NCBI GenBank assembly: GCA_964532425.1
Contig: CAZHIA010000002.1
Coordinates: 13,945 to 77,944 of the forward strand
From: an uncultured Candidatus Saccharibacteria bacterium
GTDB taxonomy: Bacteria > Patescibacteriota > Doudnabacteria > UBA920
Reading direction: 5' to 3'
DNA length: 64,000 nt
The notes beneath the pieces are model-generated. The model was not told where the DNA came from. It searched no databases and saw only the letters and a program-made list of their open reading frames with translations. Positions 59,241-64,000 of the stretch are shown here, one piece after another. Made by a program: the position numbers and the translations under genes. Within the stretch, counting starts at the first letter, position 1; every line of letters begins with the position of its first letter.

Positions 59241-59807
59241 TTATTGGTGCGTTAAGTGTGTTGGGTTACTTAAGTTTCCTTCCTTGGCAAAATTGGAATT
59301 CTTTTCATACAGATCAAGCACTTGCTTTTCGATCCTGCCCGGGTGGGGAACGTTCTCGAATTCAAACCGTTCCTGGGTACCCGCAGTCTGGATATAGACG
59401 TTTCCATAGTCAAACAAGGTCCCAAAAATACCAGTGGTTTCACTGGTGACATCTTCGATCTTGTCGATATGGAGCTCAGAGATGGTGTGGGAAAATAACC
59501 CAACCTGGTAAATATCAACGACGCGTAGGCTGGTAATGATCTGAATATTGAGGTAGTACATGATCCAGATAAGGAACACGCTCAACATGAGGCACATGGT
59601 GTACAACTGGGTGCATAAAGTGGTGACAACACCGATTTGGCCATCGAACAATCCCGGCAGGTTTACCGGGGCTTTCCATTCAAAAACCACTAACGCCACG
59701 GCAAAGACCGCCCAAATTAACAATTTGAGCATCAGGCGAATCCAGTGTTCGCGGACTACCAGATAGATTTCCTCCTCGTCTAGCTGGCTGGGGAATAGTT
59801 TGCGCAT
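59241..59807 (-). CDS. Membrane protein with bacterial PH domain
   Basis: Two TM segments, then IIT..RVVD..KIEDVT..FDYGNVYIQTAG. Confidence 0.8.
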   Translation of the reverse strand: MRKLFPSQLDEEEIYLVVREHWIRLMLKLLIWAVFAVALVVFEWKAPVNLPGLFDGQIGVVTTLCTQLYTMCLMLSVFLIWIMYYLNIQIITSLRVVDIYQVGLFSHTISELHIDKIEDVTSETTGIFGTLFDYGNVYIQTAGTQERFEFENVPHPGRIEKQVLDLYEKNSNFAKEGNLSNPTHLTHQ

Positions 59808-59813
59808 ATAAAA

Positions 59814-60026
59814 TTAGGAACCAATAGTATGTAGCGTAATATACGACTGCTGAAGCAGTCCCAAAAAAATAATCCCATAGAACACTGCCACCACCAAACT
59901 TACCATGGGGCTTCTCCCATAGCGGAGCAAAATGTACACGGCGAACAAGGAGAAAAATGTTAGTATCCCTGTAATGGCATAATAAATGCCGGCGATGATG
60001 AGTATGGCTGGGTTGGAATAGTCCAT
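59814..60026 (-). CDS. Small membrane protein
   Basis: 70 aa, two TM segments, VYILLRYG, in operon after ruvB. Confidence 0.7.
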   Translation of the reverse strand: MDYSNPAILIIAGIYYAITGILTFFSLFAVYILLRYGRSPMVSLVVAVFYGIIFLGLLQQSYITLHTIGS

Positions 60027-60030
60027 AGGT

Positions 60031-60126
60031 TAATTGACAAAATTGATATAATTGACAAAAATGAGCAAAAATTTGGGCCCATTAATTTTGTCAATTTTGT
60101 TCAATTTTTTAAATTTTGTTCAATTA
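60031..60126. repeat. Tandem-unit inverted-arm element (9-nt aattgacaa / ttgtcaatt)
   Basis: Runs from the ruvB stop to 4 nt before the next ATG on the minus strand, same unit as 38947 and 46233. Confidence 0.85.
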
Positions 60127-61179
60127 CAAAAGTGTTTTTTGTTTTCCCGGGTACTCTTTCCCTAAATGCTGGTAGGCTAGTTCAGTGGCTTCCCGTCCTT
60201 TGGGGGTGCGGGAAATAAAGCCGAGGCGGATAAGAAACGGCTCTAGGACATCTGTGATGGTGTCTTCTTCTTCACCGGTGGCAGCCGCTAGGGTATTGAG
60301 TCCGACCGGGCCACCTTTGAATTTATCGATGAGGGTTTCGAGAATACGACGGTCGTTTTTATCAAGTCCTAACGGATCGACTCCAAGCAGGTTGAGAGCC
60401 TCTCGGGCGGTATCTGCTTCAATTGTATCATGGCCATTCACTTGGGCAAAATCACGGACGCGTTTTAGTAGCCGGTTGGCGATGCGAGGGGTGAACCTGC
60501 TGCGGCGGGCTAGCTCGCGACTGGCCTCTTCCGTAATTTTGGCCCGTAAAATTGCACTGCTTCTGGTAATGATCTTAGTCAGGTCGTCTTCTGTATAGTA
60601 TTCCAGGCGGTACAGCGCGCCAAAACGATCGCGGAGCGGAGAGGATATTAATCCAACGCGGGTAGTGGCGCCGATAAGGGTGAACTTTGGCAGTTCCATG
60701 CGAATAGAGCGGGCTCCTGGGCCTTTGCCAAGCACAATATCAAGAACATAATCCTCCATGGCAGGATAGAGGACCTCTTCAACTACCTTGTTGAGCCGGT
60801 GAATCTCGTCAATAAAGAGTACGTCTCCTTCGCTGAGGTTGGTAAGCAGGGAAGCCAGGTCGCCGGCCCGCTCGATAGCTGGGCCTGAGGTGACTTTGAT
60901 GTTGACACCCATCTCACGGGAAATAATGAAAGCCAATGTGGTTTTACCGAGTCCTGGTGGCCCGTACAGCAGGAGGTGCTCCAGGTATTCATTGCGTTGT
61001 TTGGCGGCTTGAATGAGAATATTCAAGTTTTGCTTTATCTCGTCCTGGCCGACATATTCAGATAGCGTTGCGGGCCGGAGGTTTTGGTCGAAAATCCGGT
61101 CTTCAGCACTGCTTGCTGAGGCGTCGACCGGGGAAAGCTCTTCGCTGTTATTTTCTTGTGGGGTGGTGGATTTGATCAT
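60124..61179 (-). CDS. ruvB: Holliday junction branch migration helicase RuvB
   Basis: [35 protein letters not shown] and RTPKGR motifs. Confidence 0.98.
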   Translation of the reverse strand: MIKSTTPQENNSEELSPVDASASSAEDRIFDQNLRPATLSEYVGQDEIKQNLNILIQAAKQRNEYLEHLLLYGPPGLGKTTLAFIISREMGVNIKVTSGPAIERAGDLASLLTNLSEGDVLFIDEIHRLNKVVEEVLYPAMEDYVLDIVLGKGPGARSIRMELPKFTLIGATTRVGLISSPLRDRFGALYRLEYYTEDDLTKIITRSSAILRAKITEEASRELARRSRFTPRIANRLLKRVRDFAQVNGHDTIEADTAREALNLLGVDPLGLDKNDRRILETLIDKFKGGPVGLNTLAAATGEEEDTITDVLEPFLIRLGFISRTPKGREATELAYQHLGKEYPGKQKTLL

Positions 61180-61180
61180 A

Positions 61181-61280
61181 ATCTACAGAACTACGGATAA
61201 TGCGAATCTACGGATAACTACGGAAAAATGGCTCCTTCTGTAGTTTTTTGTAGCGGACCCTTTCCGTAGTTTGTGTAGTT
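61181..61280. repeat. Tandem-unit inverted-arm element (ctacgga / tccgtag)
   Basis: Abuts the ruvB ATG. Related half-element at 26453-26510 (shared ctacaaaaaactac). Confidence 0.7.
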
Positions 61281-61355
61281 GTATTTTACTATATTCCAGT
61301 AATTGACGCGAGGGAAAAACAGCCGTAAGATAAGGTTAAATCAAGTAATTATTTT

Positions 61356-62870
61356 ATGAAAAAATATCACTACCTCATCTTTACCTTGCTTTTTTTAGCC
61401 GCGGGATGCAGCAGGCACGCTCAAGTGCCATCGAGTGGTACCGGGAGCCAAGTTACTCCTACTTCTACCTCATCAACCACCCAAGACATTGTTGGTTGGA
61501 AGTCGTACAACAACACTGTTTATGGATTTGAATTTAAATATCCCTCCACATGGGAAGTCCAGAATAGTAGTGAGACTGGGATTAATGTAGTTGATCCGCA
61601 GCATCGCGATACAGAGTTGGTTTCGGTCTCTGTAACCGGAGCTGATCCTGAAAATTCTTTGCGGGCGCAGAATCAGATTACCAGCAGTACAACAATCCAA
61701 ATACAAGGGGAAACAGCTAAAAAATTCAGCGGTGAAAGCGCGGTGAGTGGACGACAAGCGGTCTTCGTGGCCATTCCCCATAATGGCATGTACTACACTA
61801 TTGTTGCCCCTTCTGATACGGCCAGTCAATTTATATCGAGTTTTTCCTTCATTCCCGCAGTGAGCCAGGCTGGTTGGGTATATGAGAACCGGTATGTGAA
61901 AGTCATGATCCCTACCGGGTGGGCAGCGAAAGAGGCGAGTCAGGTGATCGATTATAATAACTGTGCCACCAAACAGAACTGTTCCCCTTCGATAAAAACC
62001 GGGCCGAACCCAGCCGCAGTGAATATCACCAAAGGGAAATATATTCTCTACGTCAATACCCGCGCGAGCCAGGCGAGCGGGGTAGAGGGTGGGAGATTTG
62101 AGGAGTTTGCAGGCGGGGCGCCGAGCGTGGATGCATTAATTGTCGATCATCCAGGTGGTCCATGTGGTACGCCGACAACCGCCACGGTCACCGTGAACGG
62201 TCAAACTATGAATCGGGTGGATTACTATATTTCCTCCGATGAGCAGAATGGGACTTGCCGAAAGATAGCCTCCAAAAAGCCGGTGTGGTATTTCTCTGTG
62301 GTTGGCGGAGGTATAAACTATTACAATATCCCACATCTTACCGGACCAGACGGTTGGGTAGTGACCATGGCGTATGATAGTAAGGATCCTAAATCCTTTC
62401 CGGCACAAAATGACCCCAGCCTTGAGACTGCTTTATCGGAAATGTCTGGGATCTTAAAAACTCTGACCATCAAAGCTCCAACCCCTTACATTCCCGACGT
62501 GTCTCAATCAATGAGTGATTTGAAGAATACGTATTGGTCAGAAGGGTTTTATGAGGGGTTGAACTCGCCGATTGTGAATTGCACGGAGAGTCTTGTTATC
62601 AAGAAAGATAAGGTGCATGCAACCTTTTACATGGAAACGTCCAGTTCAGACGGAAAGGCTGCCTATTCCCCATCAGAGCTGAGTAACCGCATTGAAGCTC
62701 TTCAAAATATCTTAAGCTCCCATGGCTGGTCAAAATGCAACAGTGCGGTGCCGAATGGGATTAGTATGACTGATGTATATAAAAAAGGGAATGAGCTGGT
62801 AAATCTCAATAAACCGATTAATCCCAGCGCTTTCCCTGGCGTTGATCTCTATTTCTTTCAGCTCGAGTAA
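61356..62870 (+). CDS. Lipoprotein with PsbP-like N-terminal region
   Basis: LAAGC lipobox, WKSYNNTVYGFEFKYP..W motif. Confidence 0.7.
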   Translation: MKKYHYLIFTLLFLAAGCSRHAQVPSSGTGSQVTPTSTSSTTQDIVGWKSYNNTVYGFEFKYPSTWEVQNSSETGINVVDPQHRDTELVSVSVTGADPENSLRAQNQITSSTTIQIQGETAKKFSGESAVSGRQAVFVAIPHNGMYYTIVAPSDTASQFISSFSFIPAVSQAGWVYENRYVKVMIPTGWAAKEASQVIDYNNCATKQNCSPSIKTGPNPAAVNITKGKYILYVNTRASQASGVEGGRFEEFAGGAPSVDALIVDHPGGPCGTPTTATVTVNGQTMNRVDYYISSDEQNGTCRKIASKKPVWYFSVVGGGINYYNIPHLTGPDGWVVTMAYDSKDPKSFPAQNDPSLETALSEMSGILKTLTIKAPTPYIPDVSQSMSDLKNTYWSEGFYEGLNSPIVNCTESLVIKKDKVHATFYMETSSSDGKAAYSPSELSNRIEALQNILSSHGWSKCNSAVPNGISMTDVYKKGNELVNLNKPINPSAFPGVDLYFFQLE

Positions 62871-62885
62871 TTGGGGAGATGGTTT

Positions 62886-62914
62886 AAAAACCCGAGAACA
62901 AGTCTCGGGTTTTT
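62886..62914. terminator. Bidirectional terminator
   Basis: AAAAACCCGAGA-ACAAG-TCTCGGGTTTTT. Confidence 0.8.
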
Positions 62915-62925
62915 ATTATGCAGCT

Positions 62926-64000
62926 TTAGTTTGCTTTGATGGTTTGAGTGTTGGTTTGAGGTGTCGCTGTGGGTGGGGTAGTGGGGTTTGAAGTTTGTGT
63001 TGCGGCGGCTTGAGTGGAGGAAGCGAAACCTTCTTCCTTGTGGAAGAGTGCTGGTGGCAGGTAAACGGAGTTGAATGTCGAAGTTGCGGCAGTTCCATCT
63101 TTAATTACCACCCTGGTCCAACTGGCTTTCATGGAGCCGTCGGCCTTGCGATCCCATTGTTTGGGTTTTTCCAAATTGACCTGGCGGCTATCTTTGGTTC
63201 CGTAGAAATCAAAAACCAGTGTGTTGGTGTCTTTAAGATATGGCCAGACCAGAATGGAGCCGGGTGTGTCGTTAACAAATTTTAAATCAACCACTCCTGG
63301 GTAGATGGTCGCATCTGTTCCTTGGGGTGCATAGTAGGAAACAGCATAAGCATGGTTGCGACGCTGGGTAATAGGGAGGCCGGCCTGCATGGCTGCCCGG
63401 AACGTAGTCGAAGAGACCTGGCATAATCCACCGCCAAATTCCGGAACTGTTCCGGATTTTTTTATGACCAGTTCCGGCAGGAAGTCATGTTCTCCATCAA
63501 CTGGACCGAGATATTTATTGAAACTAAATTCCTGTCCTGGAGCAATAATAACACCGGTCATTTTTTGCACTCCGACTTTAATATTGTGCCTGCGGTTGCT
63601 GGGACTGCCTTTAAAGTTTGATTCGCCGCGCGCAATGAGTTCCGTAATGCCGAGATTGTTGGTGTCCGCGAGCAAGGTATGCGGGGTAGATGTATTCACG
63701 GAAAGCGGGCTTGAAGTGGCTCCTGCATCCAAGGCGGCCAATGCCTGGAAAGTGGAAGTGTATGCGTCCACCATCATCCCGTCCTGGGGAGGAGCAAACG
63801 AAGCGGCGCGACCATCTTCAATCACGAGGCGAGGTTCTATCGCTGGTACATCAATTTGATTGGCGAGGCCTCGAATAAACGAGTAGACCAAGGCTGGCTG
63901 GTAGCGGTAAGTTTGGCCTGTTTGGCTGCTTGTGTTGACAGGGCTGCCTAAGTACTGGCTGAGCAGGTTCTGGGGTGAAAATTCCAGCGAAGCAACAAGG
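62926..64000 (-). CDS. VanW-family protein (5' partial)
   Basis: NRRHNI, PGQEFSFN, GGGLCQVSSTTFRAA and GTDATIY..DLKFVN motifs. Frame is open to the window edge. Confidence 0.9.
   Translation of the reverse strand, partial: LVASLEFSPQNLLSQYLGSPVNTSSQTGQTYRYQPALVYSFIRGLANQIDVPAIEPRLVIEDGRAASFAPPQDGMMVDAYTSTFQALAALDAGATSSPLSVNTSTPHTLLADTNNLGITELIARGESNFKGSPSNRRHNIKVGVQKMTGVIIAPGQEFSFNKYLGPVDGEHDFLPELVIKKSGTVPEFGGGLCQVSSTTFRAAMQAGLPITQRRNHAYAVSYYAPQGTDATIYPGVVDLKFVNDTPGSILVWPYLKDTNTLVFDFYGTKDSRQVNLEKPKQWDRKADGSMKASWTRVVIKDGTAATSTFNSVYLPPALFHKEEGFASSTQAAATQTSNPTTPPTATPQTNTQTIKAN

Overview
Bacterial chromosomal window (standard genetic code, TGA used as stop) spanning the replication origin: jag-yidC-yidD-rnpA-rpmH <> dnaA-oriC-dnaN-recF-DUF721-rsmE. 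It also carries housekeeping genes (infB, rbfA, rpsA, gyrA, rsmI, yebC, ruvC, ruvB, tyrS, a class A PBP) and seven intact tRNAs. Gene content suggests a Patescibacteria/CPR organism, which is inference: two TrmB regulators, pilin-like, LamG and giant GNVGIGT-repeat/peptidase-S74 surface proteins, a VanW protein, and little biosynthetic metabolism. No CRISPR array, rRNA, integrase, transposase or reverse transcriptase was seen. The most striking unexplained signal is a family of about 20 intergenic elements, most 60-190 bp. Each has inverted arms built from degenerate tandem units, mostly 7-9 nt. Many start in the stop codon of one gene and end a few nt before the next ATG. Two of them flank four-helix-bundle (23S-IVP/Avd-like) genes and the rest are empty, suggesting an IVS-like insertion system acting in mRNA operons. 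Other oddities: a tRNA-Val nested inside a broken tRNA-Val, an array of tRNA-Gly 3'-end repeats, a tRNA-Ile with a UAU anticodon, a stand-alone ~190-nt putative ncRNA, and a gene bracketed by 38-40-bp palindromes.
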